Below the pieces are notes generated by a model, which was not told the origin of the DNA, made no database searches, and saw nothing but the letters and a program-made list of their open reading frames with translations. From NCBI GenBank assembly GCA_051294375.1, contig JBJCIZ010000240.1:3242-67241 (forward strand): a DNA stretch of 64,000 bases. The letters run 5' to 3'. Shown in pieces: positions 1-12,200 of the stretch; the stretch's first letter is position 1, and each line of letters opens with the position of its first letter. The stretch is from Paraspadella gotoi (taxonomy: Eukaryota > Animalia > Chaetognatha). A program made the position numbers and the translations under genes.

Positions 1-100
1 CTGCCTTCTTTTTTTTTCTCAAAACTCCCGCGCATCTTGTCTCGCTCTCTATCTCTCACTGTCTGGTTAGGTCTTTTTTTCTCCATTCCATGCGTTTATA

Positions 101-517
<417 letters not shown>

Positions 518-964
518 TTATTTTTGAACAGAAATCGTCTCCTTCTCTATTAACCTTCCTCACTTTTCAGTCTTCAATTTTCTAATTAATATTTTCCTTC
601 TTTCATATAATTTTTCTTATATTTTTAGCCTCCAGGCCAAAGTCGTTTTTTTTTCTATTATCGGAAGCCTTCGAATCCTCATATATATTTTATTTTCATA
701 ATTCCATCTCTCCTTTTAATCTTTTCCCTCTTTCCTTTTTACCTTAAAAGGATTCCTTTCACTTCTCTTTTCACTTTCCCCTCATTTTCCTCTCTTTTCC
801 TCTCTTCCTCTCTCCCCTTCCTCCCCTCTCTCCTCCCCTCCTCTCTCCCCTTTCCTCCCACTCTCCTCTCCCTTCTTCTCTTATCACCAACGACCCATTT
901 TCAGGGGTGATTGTTTACGTAACCGCCGTTGGTCGTTGGCGGTTATCGAAGGGTAACGCCGCCT

Positions 965-1568
965 CCACGTCGTCGTCGTTCGTGTTGTCATCGTCAACGT
1001 CGTCATCGCTTTTTCCTCATTGTCCATGCTTGTCATTGTCGTCATCATCATCGTCATTTAGTTATCGTCGTGTGTTAACGTCATTGTCCTCATCGTCATC
1101 GTCTTCATCATAGTCGTTATCGCCATTGTTGTGTTTGTCTTTAATGCCATTGTCCTCATTGTTATCTTCATCATCTTCGCGTTTGTCATTATCGTGATCA
1201 TCGAAGTCGTCTTCTTAGTCGACCTCATCGTCATCGTCTTCATCGTCATTGTCGTCTTGTCATTATCGCATAGTCGTCATCATCATCGTCGTTTTTGTCA
1301 TTGTCTTTATCGTCATCGTCATCTTTGTCATTATCGTCATAGTCGTCATCATCATCATCGTTTTCATCATCATCTTCATCGTCATCGTCGTCTATGTCAT
1401 TATCGTATAGTCGTCATCATCGACGTCATTTTCGTCATCGTCTTCATTGTCTATGTCATTATCGTCATAGTCGTACATCATCATCGTCGTTTTCGTCATC
1501 GTCATCATCGTCTATGTCGTCGTCATCATCGTCGTTATCGTCATCGTCGTCGTCATCAACGTCGTCAA
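965..1568 (-). repeat. Degenerate (GAT/GAC)n trinucleotide tract with 60-69 bp higher-order repeat; possible Asp-rich coding fragment
   Basis: Plus strand is TCA/TCG-rich. The motif GTCATTATCG(T)CATAGTCG recurs at 1259, 1327, 1396 and 1455. The minus strand reads DENDDDDDDYDDND(I/K)D if single-base indels are ignored. Confidence 0.85.
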
Positions 1569-1723
1569 TTTCGGTCGCATTACAATTCCATCAGGAAATC
1601 GCGCGAAGACCCGAAGGGAGTTGGCTGGGGGGAAGAAGGGGGGAGAAGGGGGGAAGAAGGGGGGAGAAGGGGCGAGTGGAGTTCGAAAAGAGGATAAGAG
1701 TTTAGGGGGGCGGGGGCGACGCC

Positions 1724-3412
1724 GTCTCTGTGTTGTTGTCGTGCTTGTAAGATTTCTCTCATCTAATTCATTTCGACATTTCGTTTATTCTTTCTTTTTA
1801 TAAATTGGGAATGTTTTTTTTTTTTTTGACGCATTATTAAAATTTAGGTTCGCGTCGAATAATGTAGTTACAAATATTAGCAACAATTTACTCTACATTC
1901 AACGTTATTTAACATCATTTTAGCGTCTTAAAAACGACTCTCTCCGTTATTTTTTCGCGTGTGACCTTAAAACCAACTATACGCATTAAATTACATTTAC
2001 ATCTATAATTATATACTATTTCACAACCTGCTTGAATAAAAAAAAAAACTAAATATAAATGTTAGGGAAAATATCACTTTTATATCAGTTTTCGGAAGGA
2101 AAAATCGTCGTATTATGCAGTCGTCGTCGTCCGTCCGTTTCGTCGTTTCGTTTTCGTCGTCGTCAGTCGCATCCGTCGTCCTCGTCGTCGTAAATGTGTT
2201 TGTTTTGAAGTCGATGTTGTTTTCATTTCTTTCGCTGACCGACTGAGCGAGATTATGACGACGATAATGAGGACGACGAGGAACGACGACAAAGGAGACG
2301 TAATCGCGAGAGACGAAAAAATGTGGAGGCGGTTGGTGAGTTTGGTGTGGCGTTGTGCGCATGTTTCGTGGTCGTCGTTCCATTTCAGAGTCTTAGACCC
2401 GAAATGCGGTAATAATAACTTTTTCGCCTTCGATGCCTTTTTTATGAGAGAGAGAGAGAGAGAGTAGAGGAGAGAGGGAGGCGGTAGAGAGAGAGAGAGA
2501 GAGAGAAGAGAAGAGAGAAGGAGAGAGAGAGAGAGAGAGAGAGTCCATTGGAAATCTCTTGCTCGCTTTATTGGATTAGCGCGGGCAACGTCGGGCGAGC
2601 AGGTCGGGCTTGCCCTCCTCCGCTCTGATACTTTCGCTGAACTTTTACCGCCAAAAGATGGAATGCTCATCGAGGGATGCGATCAAGGGATCCGATCAGG
2701 GGATCGATCAAAATTACGATCGGCGGATGCGATCAAAGAACGTTTGAGATTTCGTGCAATTTCGTTGATTTGTTTATCAAAGAGAAGAGGATGAAATTTC
2801 GCTTGAGAGGAATCTCTCTCCTCTGTTGTTGTCGTTGTTGTAGATTTCTCTCATGTAATCATTTCGACATTTACGTTTATTCTTTCTTTTATAAATTGGG
2901 ACTTTGTTTTTTTTTCTTTTGACCATTTTTAAAATTTAGGTTCGCGTCGAATAATGTCAGTTACAAATATTACAACAATTACTCTACATTCAACGTTATT
3001 TAACATCATTTAGCGTCTTAAAAACGACTCTCTCGTTATTTTTGTCGGTGTGACCTTAAACAATATGACCATTAAATTACATTTACATTATAATTTATAT
3101 ATATATTTACAGCCTGCTTGACATTAAAAAAAACTAAATATAAATGTTAGGAAAAATATCACTTATATACAGATTTTCGGAAGGAAAATCGTCGTATTAT
3201 GCAGTCGTCGTCGTCGTTTTCGTCGTGGTTTTCGTCGTCGTCAGCCATCGTCGTCCTCGTCGTCGTAAATGTCGTTTGTTTTGAAGTCGATGTTGTTTTC
3301 ATTTCTTTCGCTGACCGACTGAGGCGACGATTATGACGACGATAATGAGGACGACGAGGAACGACGACGAACGATGACGTAATCGCGAGAGACGAAAAAA
3401 TGTGGAGGCGGT
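1724..3412 (+). repeat. Direct duplication: ~1724-2332 repeated at ~2818-3412
   Basis: Both copies run from ...GTTGTTGTCG...GATTTCTCTCAT to ...GAGACGAAAAAATGTGGAGGCGGT and differ mainly by scattered 1-nt indels. Confidence 0.93.
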
Positions 3413-5364
3413 CCTAGCCGAGTACACGACCATTCCAGTTTCACATGCCGACACGGAAAAATTCCTACCCACCTCCGTTTACCCTTGCCTACGAGTACAC
3501 AGACCATCAGTTGTCACATCCGACCAGAAAAATTCCTACCACCTCCGTTACCCTTCCTAGCGAGTACACAGCCAATCAGTTTCACAATCCGACCACTGGA
3601 AAAATTCCTACCACCTCCTGTTACCCTCCTGACCGAGTACACAGACCATCAGTTTCACATCCGTACCACGCGAAAAATTGCCTACCACCTCCGTTACCCT
3701 TCCTACCGAGTACACAGACCATGCGTTCACATCCGACCACGGAAAAATTACTACCACCTCCGTTACCCTTCCTACCGAGTACACAGACCATCAGTTTCAC
3801 ATCCGACCACGGAAAAATTCCTACCACCTCCGTTACCCTCCTACCGATGTACACAGACCGATCAGTTTCCACATCCGCAACCACGGGAAAATTGCTACCA
3901 ACCTCGTCTTGTTACCCTCCCCTACCGAGTACACAAGACCATCATTTTCACATCCGGCACCACGTGGAAAAAATTCTCCTACCACCTCCGTTAACCCTTC
4001 TACAGTACACAGACCATCAGCTTTCACATCCGACCACGGGAAAAATTCCTACCACCTCCGTACCCTTCCTACCGAGTACACAGACCATCAGTTTCCACAT
4101 GCCGACACGGAAAAATTCATACCACCTCCGTTACCCTTCCTACGAGTACACAGACCATCAGTTTCACATCCGACCACGGAAAAAATTCCGTACCCACCTC
4201 CTGTTACCCTTCCTACCGAGTACACAGACCATCAGTTTCACATCCGACCACGGAAAAATTCCTACCACCTCCGGCTTCCCTTTCCTACCGAGTACAACAG
4301 ACCATTCAGTTTCACATGCCGACCACGGAAAATTCCTACCACCTCCGTTACCCTTCCCTACCGAAGGTACACAGACCATCAGTTTCACATCCGACCACGG
4401 AAAAATTCCTACCACCTCCGTTACCCTTCCTACCGAGTACACAGACCACAGTTTCACATCCGACCACGGAAATTCCCTACCACCTCCGTTACCTTTCTAC
4501 GCAGTTACACCAGACATCAGTTTCACATTTCCGACCACGGAAAAATTTCCTACCCTCCGCTTACCCTTTCCTACAAGTACACAGACCCAATCAGTTTCAC
4601 ACGACCACGGAAAAATTGCCTACCCACCTCCGTACCCTTCCTACGAGGTACACAGACCATCAGTTTCAACATCCGACCACGAGAAAAAATTCCTTACCAC
4701 CTCCCGTTACCCTCCTACCGAGTACACAGACCATCAGTTTCACATCGACCACGGAAATTCCTACCACCTCCGTTTTACCCTTCTACCGATTACACAGACC
4801 ATCAGGTTTCACATCCGGACCACGGAAAATTCCTACCACCTCCGTTACCCTTTCCTACCGAGTACACAGACCAATCAGTTTCACATCCGACCACGGAAAA
4901 ATTCCTACCACTCCGTTTACCCTCCTACCGAGTACACAGACCATCAGTTTCACATTCCGACCACGGCTGAAAATCCTCCACCTCCGTTACCTTTCCTAGA
5001 CCGAGTACACAGACATTCAGTTTCACATCCGACCACGGAAAAAATTCCTACCACCTCCGTTACCCTTCCTACCGAGTACACAGACCATCAGTTTCACTGC
5101 CGACCACTGGAAAAATTCCTAACCACCTTCCGTTAACCCTTCCTTACGAGTACACACGACCATCGAGTTTCACATCCGACACGCGCAAAAATTCCCTACC
5201 ACCTCCGGTTACCCTTCCTACCGAGTACACAGACCACAGTTTCCACATCCGACCACGGAAAAATTCCTACCCACCTCGTTACCCTTCCTACGAGTACACA
5301 GGACCATCAGTTTCACATCCGACCACGGAAAAAATTTCCTACACCTCCGTTACCCTTTCCTACC
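3413..5364. repeat. 70-bp tandem minisatellite/satellite array, about 27-28 copies
   Basis: Consensus CCGAGTACACAGACCATCAGTTTCACATCCGACCACGGAAAAATTCCTACCACCTCCGTTACCCTTCCTA repeats head to tail with no spacers. Copy differences are private indels. Confidence 0.97.
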
Positions 5365-6332
5365 TATATCTCTTGGATCTAGGCCGCCATCCACCCACCA
5401 CTGTTTCGATTACTTGATTAAAGTAAAATATTGTACAAGCGAGAGTTAATTCTTTATTTGAGTCTGTGACTTTTAATTCTTTATTTTAAAGAAAAAATGT
5501 CAAAATATTTTTTCTCTAATTCACAATCCTGTATTCATCTGTACATATTTTAGCAAAAAAAAAGGTTTTTATGTGGAAAATGGTTTTTGCTATAAAAAAG
5601 ATTTCAGTTATTATCTATAACTACAAATATGTAAATAGGATTGAGTTATTGTTTTGAAGATGCTTCGTTTTCAATTTCAAAATGGCTTATTCGACTTTTT
5701 GAAGCGACGACCGAGAATCTAACGCATTTTTAAATGTTTATTTATATTGAATTGTTGAAAACAAACACCACATTTGACAAAACAATTCTAACAAGAACGT
5801 AATTCAATGGTATTCCGTTTCAGTGACTGCTTATCACGTATATTATCATAAGATGACAAGACAAGACGTGAATTGACATCTTTACTTGACTGAATGACTA
5901 CAACGATTTTGCATGCGAATTACGACAAAAAGTTAAGATAAATAAAAAATTAAATAATAATAAGATAAATAAATAAATAAATAATTTATTTTACAAACAT
6001 CGATGAAACCATTTAAAGATCTCTCTCTCTGTCTCACATCAATTTCTTTTCCCTCCACTTTCCCTCTCTCTCTCTGTCCCTAACTTTACTTTTCCCTCAC
6101 ATCTGACCACTATCCTGATCTCAATTCTTTGTTGGGGAAAACTTTTATTTCTTCTCTCTCTCTCTCTCCTCTCTCTTTCTCTCTCTTTCCGTCTCTTTCC
6201 GTCTCTTTCCGTCTCTCTCCGTGTCTCTCCGTCTCTGTCTGTGTCCTCATGTGTCTGTCTCTCTCTGTGTGGGTCTGTCTCTCCTCTGTACATCTCTTGC
6301 GTGATCGTTCGTTTTTTGAAAAATTATATGTA

Positions 6333-7204
6333 TTTTTAGTCGGATCTGCTCTTCAGCAGATCCCGAGCTCTATAACTATATAAAATATATAAATATAAAT
6401 ATATAATTCAGCTTTTGTCGGTCCGGTCTGTCCGCCCCCCTCAATATTGTCGGGCACTCACTTATAGTTCATGTCAGGAACATCGAATTATGATTAAAAA
6501 TACGATGTCCGGTCGTCCGTCCGTCCCACCTTAGCAAAAAACACCAATTTACTCGTTGATTGGAGGGATTGAATTGGAAGGAAAATTTTGTCTGGTGTGC
6601 GGTAGGGGAAGTGTGTGATGAGCTGTATATGAAGTTTTTGAATGGAATCGTCGAGTGGAAATGCAGTTTAAATGGAAAAAACAAAAAATATATTTCGACT
6701 ATTTGAACACCATTACTCAGTTGAAGTGGATGAGGTGATTGACTTGAAAATTTTGTATTGGTAGAAAAGGTGTTTGTGATTTAACTGGAATATTCAAGTT
6801 TTCGATGGAATCTTTTGAGTGGAAATGAGAAAAAACAAAAAAACCTGTTTACTAATTGATTATGCTTCTTTTTCCTTTTAAAATTACAATGTCAAGCAGA
6901 ATTGTATTAAAACTATTAAAAAATTAAGATAATTATCAATTAATTAATCAATTAGTCAATTAATTAATCAAATATTTAATTAATCAGTCAATCAATTCAG
7001 TCAATGTTATCAACTTTATTCTTCATCGTCGGTCATTGCTTTTATGGTGTGTTAGTGACGAAAGACCTAAAAACAAACATTTTGGGATCAAATTAATTAA
7101 TTAATTGCCTTAATTAATTAATTAACTTGAATTATTTAATATTAATGAATTATTACAGATAATGATCGTGCGCTGATCCGACATTGGTTTGCTCAAACTG
7201 TTTT
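6333..7204 (+). mobile_element. Putative non-autonomous Helentron-associated element (HINE / DINE-1-like)
   Basis: Starts TTTTTAG, followed by hairpin GGATCTGCT-CTTC-AGCAGATCC (6342-6363). GTCY microsatellites lie at ~6418-6434 and ~6506-6525, with an internal ~165 bp degenerate tandem repeat at ~6545-6850. GCTGATCCGAC (7172-7182) is the reverse complement of GTCGGATCTGC (6339-6349) with one mismatch. It is followed by a short palindrome GTTT-GCTC-AAAC (7187-7198) and TGTTTT. Confidence 0.6.
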
Positions 7205-8764
7205 CGTATGTTCCGATTCAGTCGATTATTCGGCACTATTCGCTATGCCGGTTTACCGTTTTTTCATTGTTATTGCATTATTCCAACGGCAAACCAGTTA
7301 TCATAAGAAAATTTGGTCATGTTTATCATCCCTACAATTGTTACCGTCTTTAACTATTTAAAATTTACACGAAGAGTAATGTATAGCGTCAATAATTTTG
7401 AAATCAGTAGTTTTTACGATATAAATGCAATTTTTAGATATAAACGTCATGCACTAAACATATGTTTACCTACTAGCAAGCTAAACAGATGATAAAGTCA
7501 TGTAACAGTCTTTTAAATTGTGCTGGATCATCACATATTACAACAGATAATAATATAAAACCAAAAATTTATAATTATAGTGATCTGTGCAAGATAGAGG
7601 AAGGAAAGTTGCCAACAACAGTTTCATTTCCTTTCCCTCTCCTTCTCTCTTCTCTCTCTTTCTTTCTCTGTCTCTCTTTCTCTGTCTCTCTTCTTCCCAT
7701 CTTAACCTGTCCTCACAATTTCACCATTGTTCCTGGTCTCACGTCTTTGTTGCAACTTTCCTTCCCTCATATCTCTATCTCTCTCTCTCTCTCTCGAATG
7801 TTTATGAAGGGCTCGTACTGCAGAGGTAAAAACATGTCTGCTTAATTAAAACTCTTGTTGTTGAAAAAGACTTCGTCTTTAGCTCCAACTCAAGAATATC
7901 CTTCTGACTAAATAAACAAAAATTTCGTAGTTATTTTCTTATAAATTTCTTGGTGATTTTGAGGAGTTCACTGGCAGAGCTTATATCTCGCTTCAACTCA
8001 AAAACCGGAGGATACCGGAGGATACCCATATAAACAAGACCATATATCAAACTAATAAACATAGTCAATGTTCCGCGTCGGATAAACCGCAATAAACGGG
8101 GAAACTGAAAGCTGATGGATTTTCTTGAAAATTCGTAAATTTTCTTATTATTCTCTTGAATTTTCTCTTTGAAGATGCCTCATCGGGAAAAATCATTTCT
8201 CTTATGTAAATACAAAATCGGGAGAAAATGGGAATGATACAAGACTTCTCAAAACCTTAATCCTAGTTGTGTAAATATAATAAATATATCTGGTCTGAAT
8301 AAACATCCCTAAAACGACCCTCTCAAAGACAAAAAAGTCCAAATGTTAAATTTTAGAAAACAAATTTTTAAGCAAAAAAACCCAACAAAAAAATTTTTTT
8401 TTATAAAATTGCTTGCTTTTAATTAATTTTGATGAATCTAAACATTTAAGCTTATTTTAAAAGAGAAATGATATTATCTTTAAATCGATATATTAATAAT
8501 GACAAAAATTTTCTTATGTAGTGAATAGGATGGCGCATAGGGATAAACTTGGTCGGGTTTATCTCAAAATTAGGAAAAGGATAGTGTTAATTACCAGCAA
8601 AGAGAAAAGGATAAATAATTTTTACATTTGTTTTCGGTTTTGAACGTCTGAGACCAATTAGGATTGGGACTTTTAATAATATTTCTATATGAGATGGTTA
8701 CATCCAGGATTTTTCTGAGGTATTGAATTCACCGGTGCANNNNNNNNNNNNNNNNNNNNNNNNN

Positions 8765-9035
8765 GTCATTGGAATCTCTTGCTCGCTTTATTGGATTAGC
8801 GCGGGCAAGGTCGGGCGAGCAAGGTCGGGCTTGCCCTCCTCCGCTCTGACTTACTTTCGCTGACTTTTACCGCCAAAAGATGGGGACATGCGATCGAGGG
8901 ATGCGATCAAGGGATCCGATCAGGGGATGCGATCAAAAATTACGATCGGCGGATGCGATCAAAGAAACGTTTGAGATTTCGTGCAGTCGTTGATTTGTTT
9001 ATCAAAGAGAAGAGGATAAAATTGCTGAGAGGATA
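8765..9035 (+). repeat. Gap-flanked clean copy of the segment at ~2543-2811, including a 6 x 13-bp tandem repeat
   Basis: Near identity to 2543-2811 and partly to 14200-14340. Units of consensus ATGCGATCRRGGG start at 8888, 8901, 8914, 8927, 8940 and 8953. Confidence 0.9.
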
Positions 9036-9218
9036 NNNNNNNNNNNNNNNNNNNNNNNNNNNNNNNNNNNNNNNNNNNNNNNNNNNNNNNNNNNNNNNNN
9101 NNNNGAGAAACGGAAAACATCATTGTAGTGGATAGATGGATAGATAGATAAAGAGATAGATAGATAGTTATATAGATAGATGGATAGATAGATNNNNNNN
9201 NNNNNNNNNNNNNNNNNN

Positions 9219-12200
9219 TTCCACTGAGATACGAAGTTATAAATGAGACAGAAGGGAGGCAACGGAACGACGAAGGGATGACGGTAGAGATCTGCGAGAG
9301 ACGAAGAATAAGGAGTGTGGGGAGGCTGGTGGTGGAGAATGATGGGATATGGAAAAGAGTCTTGTCTTGATCGATATTAGTCGCAGTCCGTCGTATCCAG
9401 TTCCAGGAGATCACGTTATGATTCTCCCTCGAGAGAACCAAGTAAGTAATAATTATATTTATAACGACACGCTTTAAATACCGTTACTGCTATAAGTAAC
9501 AGTCATCCGTATTTTGGAGAGAGAGAGTTGAAAAAGAAAGAGAGATTGGGGTGGAGGGAGCAAAGTTATTAAAGAGTGAATGTATTAGTAATGATGATGA
9601 GGAGAAGCAGAGAAATTGATGAGTGCAGATGAGAGCAGTCATATTGTGAGTTAGTATGTAGTATAGGTGCAGTGACGTAGGATCTCGAGTGAGTACGATG
9701 AGGTACCTGTATTTGTACCTCTTAAGGTTAATTTATATGTAGGCGTTTACTCTCACTCCTAGCACGAAGAGTAGAAGAGAATAGAGAGAGAGAAGCGTTA
9801 TTAATGGATCTCTTATGCTTATGCGCCTTATTATTTCGAGGATAAAGCGTAGCTTGTGGGCATATGCGTGTCTCGGTACCCAAGGAGCAAGGATCGTTAG
9901 TGATAGCACACTCTTCTGCAAGAAGTGACATCTGACGTTACTATATATATTAACGAGAGCTAGACTTATTACTTTGATCTGACATGCTATATAAAAGAAG
10001 AAAATATGGGGAAACATAACTCTTACGAAAATAGACAGGGAGGCAACGTTGATGTATCCGCAAATGTAGATCCGGAGAAAACATAAAGAAAAAGAGGACT
10101 CGCAGAACGTCAAAATATTACGAACGTCAGTGTCTTACTTGAAAGATTACAAAGTGATAGAGGAGAAGTTATGAGAATGGTTAAAGTGTCACATCGTTGA
10201 TTTGCTGGTTAGTCAGACCAGATAATTGTCCGAAAGAGAGTGATATAAATTACCAACTTTAAAAACCATAAGAAAAGAAGACATAGGATCGCTATTTTTC
10301 ACAGGTCGTGAGGACCACGAAGAAGTTATTCTGCATGTAAATAATTATGTATTAGGGTCTGACATCAATAAAATGGGCGAAAGACCAATAAAATATATAT
10401 AAAATTTATTTATTACAAGAGCTCTTAATCTCCAGTGTGATGAGAGTGTGTGTGATATTAGATATACAGAATATTTTTTTCAAAGGAAAAAGTAAATAAA
10501 AGATATCAGTTAAATAGCATAGTATGATTGTTTCTGTGAGTGAATTATATTTAAAACAATCAGATCTCACCCGTGAGGTGAGGGTTGTTTACACATTAAG
10601 ATGCGAGAGCAACATCGTATATGTTTGAGAATAAAATCATCACCCTATATTTTTGATACAAAAACCAAATTAACTGTTTCCATCCTCCGCACTCTCTTTT
10701 ATTTCTATTCAGCTCATCCTTCTCTCTCTCGACTTCTTTTTTCTGCTTTGAGAGTCTTCTCATGTAGTCATCCTTATATATAATTCACTCTCTCATATTC
10801 TTCGGTCTTACAATTCAACACAAGATAAAAAAACGTTTTAAAAGTACAACAGAAAGACCCTCAGAACTAATCACAATTAAATCCCTCTTATCACCGATTT
10901 CTTCCTCACATCCCTTTTCATTTTATACAATCGCATCGAGCGACTTCCGTGTGAAACGTAGATATCAGAACTACTTGTAATACAGCATATAATAAATCAG
11001 ACTCGTAATCCTTACGCTAGCCATACTCAAATCCCACGAGCTTTTTCCAAATGTAAACCATGCAAGGAGTGGACTCATAATTAATCACTCTCTCTTAACC
11101 TGAAAAAACAGCAATATTTGTCTTAATACCCCGCTTTTTTTCTATATATTATCCTCTCACTTTCTTCTCCTCATACACTGGTAAAAAGGCATGCTTACCA
11201 CACATCTCCGGATTCCATATAACTCCTCTTTTTTAGGCTCCTTATCCTGCATCTTTTTTCTGATAACGATTATTATACAAAGTGGGATTAAACTTAGTCG
11301 AGGTTTTAACCTCATTGCATCATCGAGCCCTGGCCTATCGTCACTCCTGGCATTTCTCATACTCTCTTCATCTCACATATAACGACGGATTATACTCAAT
11401 TTTTAAAATATATCAAGGATGACACACTAAATCACTAATTCCTCGCTTTTGTTTTTTCCCAATGTAAAGAGGATTTATCACACTCGATTTCTTTCTCACA
11501 TATAAATCATCACTCAATCTCTCTGTGTCTGGGAAAATCTATCTGCTCTCATCACTACTGTCCACCGATTATTTTTTTGAATAGAATCACGATATGGAAT
11601 AAGGAAGGATTACCTCGTCAAGACTTTTCCACCGTTCTTGGCCGAGGAATTCTGTCATCGGACTTTGTCGTGCGTCGTCATATGTCGTCCGTCGTGCGTC
11701 GTATTCGTGTCGTTGCCGTCGTAGTCAATCGTCGTAAATACGATTTCTCGAAGTCAAAAATCGCCGGAAGATATTTGGTCAGCGATCGAGATCGGTGGGC
11801 GACGAAGTGATTAATGAGTTCGACGCTTCGATCAGACAGAGAAACGCGATAAACATCCATTGTGTAGATTAGAGTGGATAGAGTTGTAACAAGATATAGA
11901 TAGATAGTTATAATAAGATAGATGGATAGATAGATAAAGAGATAGATAAAAATAGATATAGTATAGATAAGTGTGGATAGTATAGATAAAAGATATGATA
12001 GATAGTATAGATAGATATAGATGGATAGATAGATAAAAGAGATAGATTAAATAAGTATAGATAGATAGATAGCAATAGAGATAGATAGATAGACATAGAT
12101 ATAGATAGGATAGATAGCCATAGATAGATAAAGAAATATTCTCGATATGGGTAGATAGATAGATTATCAGAGTTATATAGATAGATTAGATAGATAGATA

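Noticed and set aside
1131-1705. Plus-strand His/Arg-rich, Ile/Val-rich and poly-Ser ORFs
   Set aside because: These are alternative frames of the TCA/TCG trinucleotide tract.
2812-2845. PacBio SMRTbell adapter remnant (ATCTCTCTCCTCTGTTGTTGTCGTTGTTG)
   Set aside because: It lacks the TTTTCCTCCTCC core and the closing GAGAGAGAT arm. The flanks are not inverted about it, and most of it is also present in the 1724 copy.
3445-5136. 563-aa mucin-like CDS
   Set aside because: It lies entirely within the satellite, wanders between frames through indels, and has no signal peptide or splice support.
3413-5364. CRISPR array
   Set aside because: Units are contiguous with no unique spacers, there are no cas genes, and the context is eukaryotic.
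3413-5364. Hammerhead ribozyme satellite on the minus strand (GTGAAACTGATGGTC contains GAAAC...GTC and CTGATGG)
   Set aside because: The core reads CUGAUGG rather than CUGANGA, the two boxes overlap, and I could not form helix I. An Infernal search with Rfam hammerhead models on a dimer consensus would settle it.
7015-8045. Possible short minus-strand exons (e.g. LSSLTHHKAMTDDEE-stop after a TTTTTAG acceptor near 7068)
   Set aside because: Too short, no recognisable homology, no consistent exon chain, and partly inside the putative HINE.
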